From Octopus sinensis (Eukaryota), in assembly GCF_006345805.1 (NCBI RefSeq), contig NC_043009.1:71238001-71302000 (forward strand): a stretch of DNA of 64,000 nt, written 5' to 3'. The notes beneath the pieces are model-generated. The model was not told the origin of the DNA. It did not search any database and was given only the letters and a program-made list of their open reading frames with translations. Of the stretch, positions 1 to 41,815 are shown piece by piece (positions within the stretch are counted from its first letter, which is position 1; every line of letters starts with the position of its first letter). A program made the position numbers and the translations under genes.

Positions 1-3000
1 TTAAGTCGATTACATCAACCCCAGTGCGTAACTGGTAAATATTTACTCGACCCCGAAAGGATGAAAGGCAAAGTCGACCTCGGCAGAATTTGAACTCAGA
101 ACGTAACGGCAGACGAAGTAGCTATTTCTTTACTACCCACAAGGGGCTAAACATAGAGAGGACAAACAAGGACAGACAAACGGATTAATTCGATTACATC
201 GACTCCAGTGCGTAACTGGTACATATTTACTCGACCCCGAAAGGATGAAAGGCAAAGTCGACCTCGGCAGAATTTGAACTCAGAACGTAACGGCAGACGA
301 AATACCTATTTCTTTACTACTCACTAGGGGCTAAACATAGAGAGGACAAACAAGGACAGACAAACGGATTAAGTCGATTACATCGACTCCAGTGGGTAAC
401 TGGTACATATTTACTCGACCCCGAAAGGATGAAAGGCAAAGTCGACCTCGGCGGAATTTGAACTCAAAACGTAGCGGCAGACGAAATACCTATTTCTTTA
501 CTGCCCACAGGGGCTAAACATGGAGAGGACAAACAAGGACAGACAAACGGATTAAGTCGATTACATCAACCCCATTGCGTAACTGGTAAATATTTACTCG
601 ACCCCGAAAGGATGAAAGGCAAAGTCGACCTCGGCGGAATTTGAACTCAAAACGTAGCGGCAGACGAAATACCTATTTCTTTACTGCCCACAAGGGGCTA
701 AACATGGAGAGGATAAACAAGGACAGACAAACGGATTAAGTCGATTACATCAACCCCAGTGCGTAACTGGTAAATATTTACTCGACCCCGAAAGGATGAA
801 AGGCAAAGTCGACCTCGGCAGAATTTGAACTCAGAACGTAACGGCAGACGAAGTAGCTATTTCTTTACTACCCACAAGGGGCTAAACATAGAGAGGACAA
901 ACAAGGACAGACAAACGGATTAATTCGATTACATCGACTCCAGTGCGTAACTGGTACATATTTACTCGACCCCGAAAGGATGAAAGGCATGGTCGACCTC
1001 GGCAGAATTTGAACTCAGAACGTAACGGCAGACGAAATAGCTATTTCTTTACTACCCACAAGGGGCTAAACATAGAGAGGACAAACAAGGACAGACAAAC
1101 GGATTAAGTCGATTACATCGACTCCAGTGCGTAACTGGTACATATTTACTCGACCCCGAAAGGATGAAAGGCAAAGTCGACCTCGGCGGAATTTGAACTC
1201 AAAACGTAGCGGCAGACGAAATACCTATTTCTTTACTGCCCACAAGGGGCTAAACATGGGGAGGACAAACAAGGACAGACAAACGGATTAAGTCGATTAC
1301 ATCAACCCCAGTGCGTAACTGGTAAATATTTACTCGACCCCGAAAGGATGAAAGGCAAAGTCGACCTCGGCAGAATATGAACTCAGAACGTAGCGGCAGA
1401 CGAAATACCTATTTCTTTACTACCCACAAGGGGCTAAACATAGAGAGGACAAACAAGGACAGACAAACGGATTAATTCGATTACATCGACTCCAGTGCGT
1501 AACTGGTAAATATTTACTCGACCCCGAAAGGATGAAAGGCATGGTCGACCTCGGCAGAATTTGAACTCAGAACGTAACGGCAGACGAAATACCTATTTCT
1601 TTACTACCCACAAGGGGCTAAACATAGAGAGGACAAACAAGGACAGACAAACGGATTAAGTCGATTACATCGACTCCAGTGCGTAACTGGTACATATTTA
1701 CTCGACCCCGAAAGGATGAAAGGCAAAGTCGACCTCGGCGGAATTTGAACTCAAAACGTAGCGGCAGACGAAATACCTATTTCTTTACTACCCACAAGGG
1801 GCTAAACACAGAGAGGACAAACAAGGACAGACAAACGGATTAAGTTGATTACATCGACTCCAGTGGGTAACTGGTACATATTTACTCGACCCCGAAAGGA
1901 TGAAATGCAAAGTCGACCTCGGCGGAATATGAACTCAGAACGTAGCGGCAGACGAAATACCTATTTCTTTACTACCCACAAGGGGATAAACACAGAGAGG
2001 ACAAACAAGGACAGACAAACGGATTAAGTCGATTACATCGACTCCAGTGGGTAACTAGTACATATTTACTCGACCCCGAAAGGATGAAAGGCAAAGTCGA
2101 CCTCGGCGGAATATGAACTCAGAACGTAGCGGCAGACGAAATACCTATTTCTTTACTACCCACAAGGGGCTAAACACAGAGAGGACAAACAAGGACAGAC
2201 AAACGGATTAAGTCGATTACATCGACTCAGTGCGTAACTGGTACATATTTACTCGACCCCGAAGGATGATGAAAGGCAAAGTCGACCTCGGCAGAATTGA
2301 ACTCAGAACGTAGCGGCAGACGAAATACTATTTCTTTACTACCCACAAGGGGCTAAACACAGAGAGGACAAACAAGGACAGACAAACGGATTAAGTCGAT
2401 TACATCGACTCCAGTGCGTAACTGGTACATATTTACTCGACCCCGAAAGGATGAAAGGCAAAGTCGACCTCGGCGGAATATGAACTCAGAACGTAGCGGC
2501 AGACGAAACACCTATTTCTTTACTACCCACAAGGGGCTAAACACAGAGAGGACAAACAAGGACAGACAAACGGATTAAGTCGATTACATCGACTCCAGTG
2601 CGTAACTGGTACATATTTACTCGACCCCGAAAGGATGAAAGGCAAAGTCGACCTCGGCGGAATTTGAACTCAAAACGTAGCGGCAGACGAAATACCTATT
2701 TCTTTACTACCCACAAGGGGCTAAACACAGAGAGGACAAACAAGGACAGACAAACGGATTAAGTCGATTACATCGACTCCAGTGCGTAACTGGTACATAT
2801 TTACTCGACCCCGAAAGGATGAAAGGCAAAGTCGACCTCGGCGGAATATGAACTCAGAACGTAGCGGCAGACGAAACACCTATTTCTTTACTACCCACAA
2901 GGGGCTAAACACAGAGAGGACAAACGGATTAAGTCGATTACATCGACTCCAGTGCGTAACTGGTACATATTTACTCGACCCCGAAAGGATGAAAGGCAAA

Positions 3001-3099
3001 GTCGACCTCGGCGGAATTTCAACTCAGAACGTAGCGGCAGACGAAATACTGCAGAGCATTTCGCCCGGCGTGCTAACATTTCTGCCAGCTCGCCGCCGT
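1..3099 (-). repeat. Tandem array of 184-bp SINE-derived units (17 starts, continues off the left edge) capped by one SINE 5' head
   Basis: Units start at 1, 185, 369, 552, 736, 920, 1104, 1288, 1472, 1656, 1840, 2024, 2208, 2391, 2575, 2759, 2929. The tRNA-like head GGCGGCGAGCTGGCAGAA is present once, near 3097 on the minus strand. Confidence 0.97.
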
Positions 3100-3538
3100 T
3101 GTCTCGAGTAATATTATTGATTTGTATATTACTTACAGTGTAGGACCCTAACCTTTCTTTGAAGAAAGTATAATGGTGAAGTGAACAATGCTCAACCGAA
3201 ACAAACTCAAAGCATTCAAAATGTTATGGTACCGCTTTTTGTTTTTGTTTGTTTCTACTGGTTTCGATTTTCAGGTTCTAACCACGCTGAAGCCAAAGAA
3301 CAATATGCAAACAAAACAAAGAGAAGCTATGAGAGGAAGCCACAATAAGAATGCTCTACAGAGTCGTTTGACTTGCTAGAAACAGCAACGTAGGCGCCCT
3401 CAATTAAAACGTAACAGCCGCATAAGGACAAAGACACCGGATAACATAGTCCTGCGTTCCCTTGTTCGGCCGTCACAGAATAAACAGCAAAAATCAATCA
3501 ATCAATGATAAGAAGATTCAATACAGAAAGAAACTCAC

Positions 3539-32472
<28,934 letters not shown>

Positions 32473-32551
32473 TTTCGCTGCTTATAAATGAAGGAATGTA
32501 GGAGGAGTTTCTCTTCTGGATTGATTTCAGGCTTCTCTGCAATAAGAATAG

Positions 32552-32664
32552 TAATTATTATTATTGTTATTAATATTATTATTATTATTATCATTATTAT
32601 TATTATTATCATCATCATTATTATTATTATTTTTTTTTTATTATCATTATTATTATTATAATTA

Positions 32665-32703
<39 letters not shown>

Positions 32704-32725
32704 TATTATTATTATTATTATTATA

Positions 32726-32767
<42 letters not shown>

Positions 32768-32768
32768 G
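32552..32768. repeat. (TAT)n/(CAT)n microsatellite just upstream of the SLC26 ATG exon
   Basis: Directly visible. Confidence 0.9.
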
Positions 32769-33050
32769 TTTTTATATTAGTCATAAGGTTGGCAAATATT
32801 TACAGTAATGTAAGATGAATGGATGAAAGTGTATTTGCTTAAATCCTTTGCGTTAATATAGGAAATAGGTAAACATTTTATCAAAGGGACGAAAGGTGAA
32901 GTTAATTTTGACGGGATTCGAACCTAAGACTTAAAGTGACATAACTAAATAGGTCAACACAGTTTGGTTCGTCGCTCTACCGATTCGGTCAATCCACCGC
33001 ACTTAGAGAAGACTCGAAGTGTGATGCAACATGATAGAAATAACAGCAAG

Positions 33051-33279
33051 GCGGCGAGCTGGCAGAGACGTTAGCACGCCGGGCGAAATGCTTAGCGGTA
33101 TTTCGTCTACAGTCACGTTCTGAGTTCAAATTCCACCGAGGTCGACTTTGCTTTTATCCTTTCGGGGTCGATTAAATAAGTACCAGTTACGCACTGGGGT
33201 CGATGTAGTCAACTTAATCCCTTTGTCTGTCCTTGTTTGTCCCCTCTATGTTTAGCCCCCTGTGGACAATAAAGACATG
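33051..33279 (+). mobile_element. SINE family A, full-length monomer with 12-bp TSD
   Basis: Head GCGGCGAGCTGGCAGAGACGTTAGC, B-box-like GTTCAAATTCC, tail ...CAATAAAGAC. TSD AATAACAGCAAG at 33039-33050 and 33280-33291. Confidence 0.92.
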
Positions 33280-35734
33280 AATAACAGCAAGAAGTCCTTC
33301 AATATTAAAGCAAAAACGAATTTAATAATGTATCTCTCGGCAGAAACCCTTTTGTTACATAATCTCTGTTGAAATACAATTTCTTTGTTTTAATTAATGT
33401 AGAATTCAGTGAAATAATTATGCAAATTAAAATGAAATTTTCATGGAAGCTTTTATAGCATCGAATCTTCTTTAGAGCAATAATTCCTGTAACAAAAATT
33501 AAAATTCACTGTTGAAGACGGTAGGAACAGCATACAATTGATGAGTGCTATGAGTTGATGCGCACTGTGGAGCTTGAAGTGTACAGCGGACAATATCTAT
33601 GCAAGTAGCAAAACGTTTTACATGAATAACAATAACAATTGCAAAAATGATGACAGTAACGACAATGTTAAGAACAACCACGAGAAACTATTAAAAGAAT
33701 CAGTAAGAGAAATTCTCAGGTTTTGAGAAAGGGTACGGGGAATTGTGGAAGTCCCCCAGCATGGCCAGAATCACGCAACTCTGAGAAGAAAAAAAACCTA
33801 AAAGAATTAAATGTAGAGAAAACGTAAATGCACCGCAGGCCGAAGAATAAATTAAGTCTGGGGAATCTGGGGACGCAGAAAACAGTTAAAGTCTTTCGTT
33901 TTACTTGTGATGTCATTGACCATGGGAAAGACAGCAAAACCCATTTCACCTTCCCCTGAGATGTAAAGCAGTTGTACCTGTCAAAATACCTTAATCAGAA
34001 TAGATTTTTCATACTTGCACATATCTATATGGCTGGAGGGAGGGGGGAATCAACGAATTGATGTAAAGCCATATTCCAAACAAAATTCATTAGCAACAGC
34101 ATAAAAAAAAATCTTGGTTAGATATTGAATAGCCTCCATTAGTGAATGGGAACCTTTTTCTAACTGTGATGCTTTGATAATTAATCCATGCTGTATACTA
34201 TCAAAGATTTCCCGACCAAGCTACAGTTAAAATCCTGTAGTTGTTTGCTGTTTTTTCATGTATCATTATCTCACCTCTTTCAATAGGTCTTATAATATTA
34301 ATGCTGCAAGAACAACTTTTCTTCAGACGTTTTAAAACCAAAATCAAGATCAAAATTCTATTGGAGCAACTACAACAATAACAAAGTCGCTTTGGGCTAC
34401 AATAATAACTTCTCTTAAAGCAATTCTAACAACTTCCGTTTGAGCAACAACAGATGCAACAGGAGTAACCAATTCTACAGCTTTTATTGGAGACAAGCTC
34501 AGAACTACAACAACATCTATTCAACCAAATTTTGATTTTGGGGCTTGCATCAGCAATTAGTGAATACAGCGAGTTCGGAAGTAGAATTAAATGATTTGCT
34601 GAAATGTGAAATCTAACGTTTCGGACGGAAAACATTTGTCAACTGAAGCTGTTATTGCAGACTAACTTATTTCACTTTTAAAACTGTTTGTAAAACTTGT
34701 AACTCATGTATAACATCAAGCTGCTATTTCTGCCACTCTACAAACGAGTTTAGAAAGAAAAAAAGAAACAGAAAGAGTAATATTACTTACATTTATGGAC
34801 GCGTATACCACTGGTATTACAGTTGCTTCATTTGGTAGAGCGTTGTACAAGTATTGAGGATAGTAGCAATGTTCGAAATGGTAATAGTGATGTTTGGTAG
34901 TAGTGCAATATTTGGAACTGGTGGAAGTTCAGGCCAGGACCCACTGAAAACCGCCTCCTTCGGACGGTTCTTCATAAAATCTGACGCGTTACCAATGGTT
35001 CTCCTTCGTCTTCCCTTTACACTAGAAACTGAAACGACAACAAAATTATTGCATAAATACGTTTTAGAGATTTCAGTTAACTAATTTCAATACAAACCAC
35101 ATTAAGTGTGTTAATACTATCTCAGTAATTATATAAACGGTTTGACATCATGCCCGTCTGCTTGTGTGACTGTATGGCTGCCAGCCTTTGACTTTTTCAA
35201 TCACGTCCCCTCACTCGCCACACTCTCTCTTTCTTTATTCCTTTCTTTCTCTCTCTCTTTTCATCTATTTATCTATCTCTCAATGTTAAGTGTATGTATG
35301 TGTGTATGTATAAGTATGCACGTGTGTGTGTGTGAATAAATATTCATCGCTATTTCTTTGTTTCTTCTCGTTCTCTTCTCATTGAAAATTTTACCTGAGT
35401 AAAAAAAGTTCTTTTTCCTTAAATGTTTTAACTATTTTCACAATTGATATATAATTACATAGCTTACTCGTCACTATGTAACTGTTTACCTCATTATATA
35501 TATAGCTTGTCTATCTATATATACCGCATATAGTCAACGAAATATATATGTGTGTGTATGTGTGTGTGTATGTGTGTGTGAGAGTACGTGTGTGTGTATG
35601 TGAGAGTATGTGTGAGTGTATGTGTGTGTGTATGTGTGTGTGTATACATATATATATATATGTATATATATGTATGTATATATATATGTATTTATTTATA
35701 TATATATATATATATATTTATTTATTTATTTATT

Positions 35735-35798
<64 letters not shown>

Positions 35799-35820
35799 TA
35801 TATATGTATATGTATATATA

Positions 35821-36045
35821 TTTATTCTTTTACTTGTTTCAGTCATTTGACTGCGGCCATGCTGGAGCACCATCACCTTTAGTCGAACAAATCGACTCCA
35901 GGACTTATTCCTTTTATGCCTAGTACTTATTCTATCGGTTTCTTTTCCCAAACCGCTATGTGACAGGGACCTAAATGCACCAACTTCGGTTGTCAAGCGA
36001 CGGTGGGGGTACAAACACAGACACAACAAGCACACACATACATAC

Positions 36046-36076
<31 letters not shown>

Positions 36077-36233
36077 CACGACAGGCATCTTTCAATTTCC
36101 GTCTACCAAATCCACTCACAAGGCTTTGGTCGGCACGAGGCTATAGTTGAAGACACTTGCCCAAGGTGCCATGCAATGGGACTGAACACAGAACCATGCA
36201 GTTGGTAAGCAGGCTTCCTACGACACAGCCACA
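35821..36233 (-). mobile_element. SINE family B full copy
   Basis: Reverse complement of the 16584 and 44783 modules. Confidence 0.85.
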
Positions 36234-36361
36234 CTTTATTAATAAAACTGGTAAAACATCACAAAAACTGTTACTCAGAGTTTCGCGTTCCCGTTCATTG
36301 GACGAGTTTGGTTGTTCCCTACATAACAGAGCTTGCCTGTGGCTATATAACAGCTCTCTCA

Positions 36362-36410
<49 letters not shown>

Positions 36411-36721
36411 TCTCTCTCCCTCTCTCTCTCTGCTACTACGTAGTTTATATGTCGGTGTATTACTCGATCTAATCATAGTTGGTCTCTGATAATTGAGCTG
36501 TTTCTCTCCTTATAGAGTTTGTCTGGGTCTGTATTATTTTCTCTTTATTCGGCTTCTTTGCATTTCTAGTTTCCCTTTTTTTTTACTGTAAACTCTCTCG
36601 TTATACAGTTTCTTTGTAACTCCGTAACTGTAGGGAATCCCATCAAATAGGGGCGCGCGCGCGTGGGTGTGTCCAACGCCGCTTGACAACCAGTGTAGCA
36701 GAACGAGGAAGTGAAGAAAAG

Positions 36722-36728
36722 GAAGAAG

Positions 36729-36759
<31 letters not shown>

Positions 36760-36797
36760 TGTTGTTGTTGTTGTTGCTGCTGCTGCTGCTGCTGTTA
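36722..36797. repeat. Compound (GAA)n(GTT)n(GCT)n microsatellite
   Basis: Directly visible. Confidence 0.9.
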
Positions 36798-38345
36798 TTT
36801 AAATTTGCAGTTGTGTGGAAGAAGGGTTTGCTATGTTTGGTAGAGTGTCCAATGGTGATACACAACAAAAGTGACCCGAGGGAAGCGAGGTGGTTGCAGC
36901 TGTTTGTTTTAAAGAACTTTCAGAAGATGCTTTTGTACCGACAAAAGAGAATATACGAGGATGCTTGGTGTCGATGCGTTCCTAATTGCATCATGGTTTG
37001 CGTGTGAATGGAAGTGAGTGAGAAGGTCTTTTGGGAGAGGTGGAATCTGGAATATGTAAAGTATTTGCCATGTTCCAAACGTACAAAGCTTCACCTCAAT
37101 GTATCGGAGCACTCGTGCCATAGGGAGTACTAATAAACTATTTTAAACCTGAAGGTATACGTTAGCACTCCAGGGAAATCCAATATTTAGTTTAGATATT
37201 GTCGGTTTATGTATTGAGAAGAATCTTGTTTTGGTATTTATTGTTTTTCTTCTCTCCAGCTTAATGTATGTCGGACAGTATTCTCTTGTCAATCGGTCAT
37301 GTGTTTTAAGACAGTAGAGTATGGTTTGAAGAAAAGTTGTTGTCGGCCATTTGTAACATATCGAACGACCACAGAAAAGTTCCGTCCCCGGAGAAAGTTG
37401 TATCAGTCGAACAATTCGCCCTTCTTGCTTGCATTCCCATCTACATACCTTTGCATGAATAAAATAAAATGAAGCAGGCAAGTTTTATCCTTCCAATCAT
37501 CAGTTATCCAGTAAGGTAAGAACTAAAATGTAATAACAATGCAAACTGCAAGGAATATGATACAAGGGTCGATTTCAAAAGTTGTATTTTCTAGTGATGC
37601 GACACAGCTAACTATGCTGTGGAAGCCGAGATTGTGTGACTCTACCTAACAGCACCGTTCTCGTAATATTAAACATCAAACATACAAATGACTATCGAAA
37701 CGAAATATAGACTTACGTAAAATAGTAAAGAAACATATTCCACAAAACTTCCGGTGAGAATGTTTCCACCATTATTTTTTAGAATTTGGCAAACATACAA
37801 GAATTAGAATTCAAGTTTTATCATATTCGTCCTTCTCTTTACTTTCTTTGGTTTGCTTCGCTAATCTCAGTTGTTTTGTTCCTTACACTTTGTAGTTCCA
37901 TGCAACAATCAATTGAAAAACATATTTGCGCCCCTTCACGTAAGCGACGGTCATTTCACTCGACAATATGACCCAAACGTTGTGAATACGATGAACTTGT
38001 TTATAAATTGCATAGAAGCTGCTCAAATGTTTTTATCAACAAAGTTCCTTCCTTTTAATTGAAAAGGTCCAACAAATTTCGACCAAAGGATAAAATATTT
38101 GAGTTTTAGTTTTTGCTATTTTCTTGTTTAATATTCGACAAATTAATAAAAAAAATACGTGCAATATCTAGATATTGGCTTCTCTTAAATCACGTGACAC
38201 TTATTTCCACTCCCACCTCCACTTCTGTCGATGGCTTTTGGCCACAGAAACTCTGGAATTCCGGAGAGCGATTTCAATTAAATTATAATTAACTCTCACT
38301 GGACGGACTACTCTTTTGCAGATCTCACCAATAACAGAACAGTAC

Positions 38346-38390
<45 letters not shown>

Positions 38391-38391
<1 letters not shown>

Positions 38392-38790
38392 TTTTTTCTT
38401 GCTTCAGTAATGCTGCCATGCTGGGACGCCGCTTTGAATTTTTTTTGCTTTCAGTCGAATGAATCGACACCAGTACTTATTTTTTTGAAGCCTGGTACTT
38501 ATTCAATCAGCATCTTTTGTCGAACCACCATGTTACGGGGCTACAAACACACCAACAGCGGGGAGTGGGACAAACACACACACACACACTATATACGACA
38601 CACACACATACACACATAGATATACATAAATACGAAGAGCTTCTTTCAGTTTCTGTCAATCAAATCCACTCACAAGGCTTTGGTCGGCCCGACGCTATAA
38701 GCAGAAGAAACTTGCCTAAGATTCCACGCGGTGTGACTGAGCCTTGAACCCTGTGGCTGGGAAGCAAACTTCTTACCACACAGCCACGCA
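38391..38790 (-). mobile_element. SINE family B full copy
   Basis: Reverse complement of family B modules with internal (CA)n. Confidence 0.8.
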
Positions 38791-38961
38791 AGAGAAATTG
38801 CTTTGGCCTAAAGCTGAAACCGTACGGTAAAGGGATATCACAATCGCCAATTTCCGGCTATCTACGGTCGCTGCCGGCATGTATGTAAGTGTAGGTGTTC
38901 TAATACACTCAGTCATATTTAAATATGTGTGTGTGCGATTGTGTGTGTACATATGTATATA

Positions 38962-39019
<58 letters not shown>

Positions 39020-39637
39020 ATATATGTGTGTGTATATATTTATATATGTGTATGTGTGTGGATGTATGGATGAATGTATGTATATTTGTATGTGTGTATG
39101 TGTGCATGTATATATGTGTATTGGGTTTCTGGATCTTTTACACATCTTTTCATATCAGCTGGTGCCGTACATGTCCAATGGAACGTCTAATTTGCTATTC
39201 CAATTGATAATTGGTTCAAATTTAGGCACAAGGCCTGAGATTTTGCAGGAGTGGGACTAATTGACAACATAGAGGCCGGTACTCAACGGGCAGAAGTAGT
39301 AGGGGGAGCATCATAGCCGTGTGTTGAAAGGAATTCTTGGAGGTTTGGATAATTCACCTTTGGAAACATAGGTGTTTCGTTCAACATCCTTAACCAATCC
39401 TTATTCAGGGACCTTTTGAGCGGGATGGGCTACTCGACCAGAAGAAAATTCTAACTGGGCCCCACCTGCAAGGTTATGCGCTGTTTATCTTGATATGAGA
39501 TCACCATGTCGCGTAGATATGGTTGTGATGCATGTACCTGGTGTACCCTTATCAGACGGGTAGTCATGATGGGTATACTGAGCTTCGTAAATTTTACCCC
39601 AGTGTCACTTTGATAGTATGCACTGCTCTCTCACTCA

Positions 39638-39638
39638 G

Positions 39639-39669
<31 letters not shown>

Positions 39670-39856
39670 GGTGGTGGTGGTGGTGGTGGTGGTGGTGGTA
39701 GTGATAATGATGATGATAATGATGATGATGAGGATGATGATGAGATGATGATGAGGATGATGAGGATGATGATGGTGGTGGTGGCGGCGGCGGCGGTGGT
39801 GGTTGTGGTGGTGGTGGTGGTGGTGGTGGTGGTGGTGGTGGTGGTGGTGGTAATGA

Positions 39857-39890
<34 letters not shown>

Positions 39891-39907
39891 GGTGGTGGTG
39901 GTGGTGG

Positions 39908-39938
<31 letters not shown>

Positions 39939-39998
39939 GGTGGTGATGATGAAGATGATGATGATGATGATGAAGAGGATGATGATGATGATGATGAT
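39638..39998. repeat. Compound (GAT)n/(GGT)n trinucleotide tract
   Basis: Directly visible; source of the poly-His/Met/Val ORFs. Confidence 0.95.
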
Positions 39999-41309
39999 AA
40001 TTTCTACGGCGACAAACCACTGCCACCAGCATGGTATTCGTCTTTCAACTAACCAATTATGAACTCGATGTTAAATACCAACGAACTGCATTCTAAAGAA
40101 CATTAACATTGCATCAAAATGTCATCAATGCTAAACGAATTTGGTAACATCCGGCGGGGAATAGTCAAAGAGAATCTTGACTAAAATTACTTTTATTTAG
40201 GATGTGCGATCAGACTGAACGGGACACTGTAGCGGCCATCTGAACAAACTGTCAGCTTTATAAAAGCGTTTGGATGTAAAAAAAAAAAATGGAGTATATT
40301 TATTTTTCCTTCTCTTCACTCCGGTTGTGATATTAATTAAATGACATTTCTTCCGTCTCCACATTAAATAGGTTAGGAATAAATTAACTATTTAGATTTT
40401 ATGTTGAAGACATGGCATTTTAGTCTCTGCTAGCGTTTTTTCACACTTTGAGAAAGATTTTGGTAGCAAAAATAAAAAGATCTGAGGGTTTGTTCCTAGC
40501 AATTCCTCGCCCCGTTCTGACATTGGAGGCCTATCACTGTTAACCGAGTTACCATGTTCCAGTTTCCTGCAGCGTGGAGACCGGCGATGATAAGAGGTAG
40601 AATTTGAACTCACAACACAAAGAAACGGGACAAATACTGCAAGGTATTTCGTTTGTCACTAACAGTTCCACTAATCTGGACTTGTACTTTTATTATATCG
40701 ATAGCAGAAAGGATAAAAGGCAAGGATTAATACCATCGACTTGAACTCAGAATGCAGAAAATTGAAACAAATACTGCAAAGCATTCTAACAACTCTAACA
40801 TTTCACCGCCTTAAATTCTATTTTGAATTAATTACAATTAAGTTAAATGTTGGAGGTTGCCTCCCTTGCTTTTGTTGACCAGAATTAAACATTAACCTCA
40901 TCATTGTTTCACCAAACTTTGGCTGTAGTTAGACTTAATAAGAATTTGTTGGCTCATTACATTAAGCATCCTTCTACCGACTGAACTATTTACATTTCAT
41001 GCAGAAGGCATCCCTGAGTTTTTCTTCCTTCATTGATGACTTAACTAAGATATTCAACATCAAACGATGTTATGCATTAAAAGTATAATTTGATAAAACC
41101 CATATGTTACTATAGTCCAGCCTCAGGACGACCCTCGCTGAACGGAGCCACTCAAAGTCATTCCGTTTTATCTTTTTTTTTTTTCATTTTCTTTTGTTCT
41201 GCTTTTCTAAGACTGCATCCTTGGGTATATTCTTTCGGTTTTGAGATGAGATTGAGCAGAAGTTACTGGCGTACTTTTTATCCGGTAAATGATTAAATTT
41301 TCATCTGTT

Positions 41310-41475
41310 TGATGCCATGGAGACTGCGGGAGCTGATGCCATGGAGACTGCGGAAGATGATGCCATGGAGACTGCGGAAGATGATGCCATGGAGACTGCG
41401 GAAGATGATGCCATGGAGACTGCGGGAGCTGATGCCATGGAGACTGCGGAAGATGATGCCATGGAGACTGCGGGA
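41310..41475. repeat. 24-bp minisatellite, ~7 copies
   Basis: TGATGCCATGGAGACTGCGG(AAGA/GAGC) units at 41310, 41334, 41358, 41382, 41406, 41430, 41454. Confidence 0.95.
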
Positions 41476-41780
41476 TTTAGCAAAATGAAATGGGATTGCC
41501 ATCGTTGCTATTGCCGTAGTTTAACATCTGCCCAACTATAGTTTATCAACCCTATAATCAAAGGTATTCCAATCGTGACCATTCCATTTCTAAGGCTAAG
41601 ATTATCCAATCTGTCCTTCGCGTTTGAAGACAACCAAATCTGATTTCGGGGTTATTTTGGCTGCTTTTGTGAACAGAAAGCATAGCCACGCAGACGTTCT
41701 CCCTCGTCAACATGACTGAAGAAAGAGCCACGTCTGTTTGAACGAGCAAAGGCTATGACTAAACTACTACTACTACTGCA

Positions 41781-41815
<35 letters not shown>

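Noticed and set aside
1-3099. CRISPR-like regular array
   Set aside because: Units are near-identical along their whole length with no unique spacers, match a SINE body, and lie in a eukaryotic intron.
1845-3143. ORFs of 60-109 aa within the array
   Set aside because: Chance frames in SINE sequence; neighbouring units have stops and frameshifts.
3100-3500. Next SLC26 exon (rest of STAS)
   Set aside because: A GTAAGT donor exists near 3136, but no frame resembles the STAS C-terminus; the remaining exons must lie left of the window.
39532-40062. Poly-His and poly-Met/Val ORFs
   Set aside because: Translations of a (GAT)/(GGT) microsatellite with no splice or domain context.
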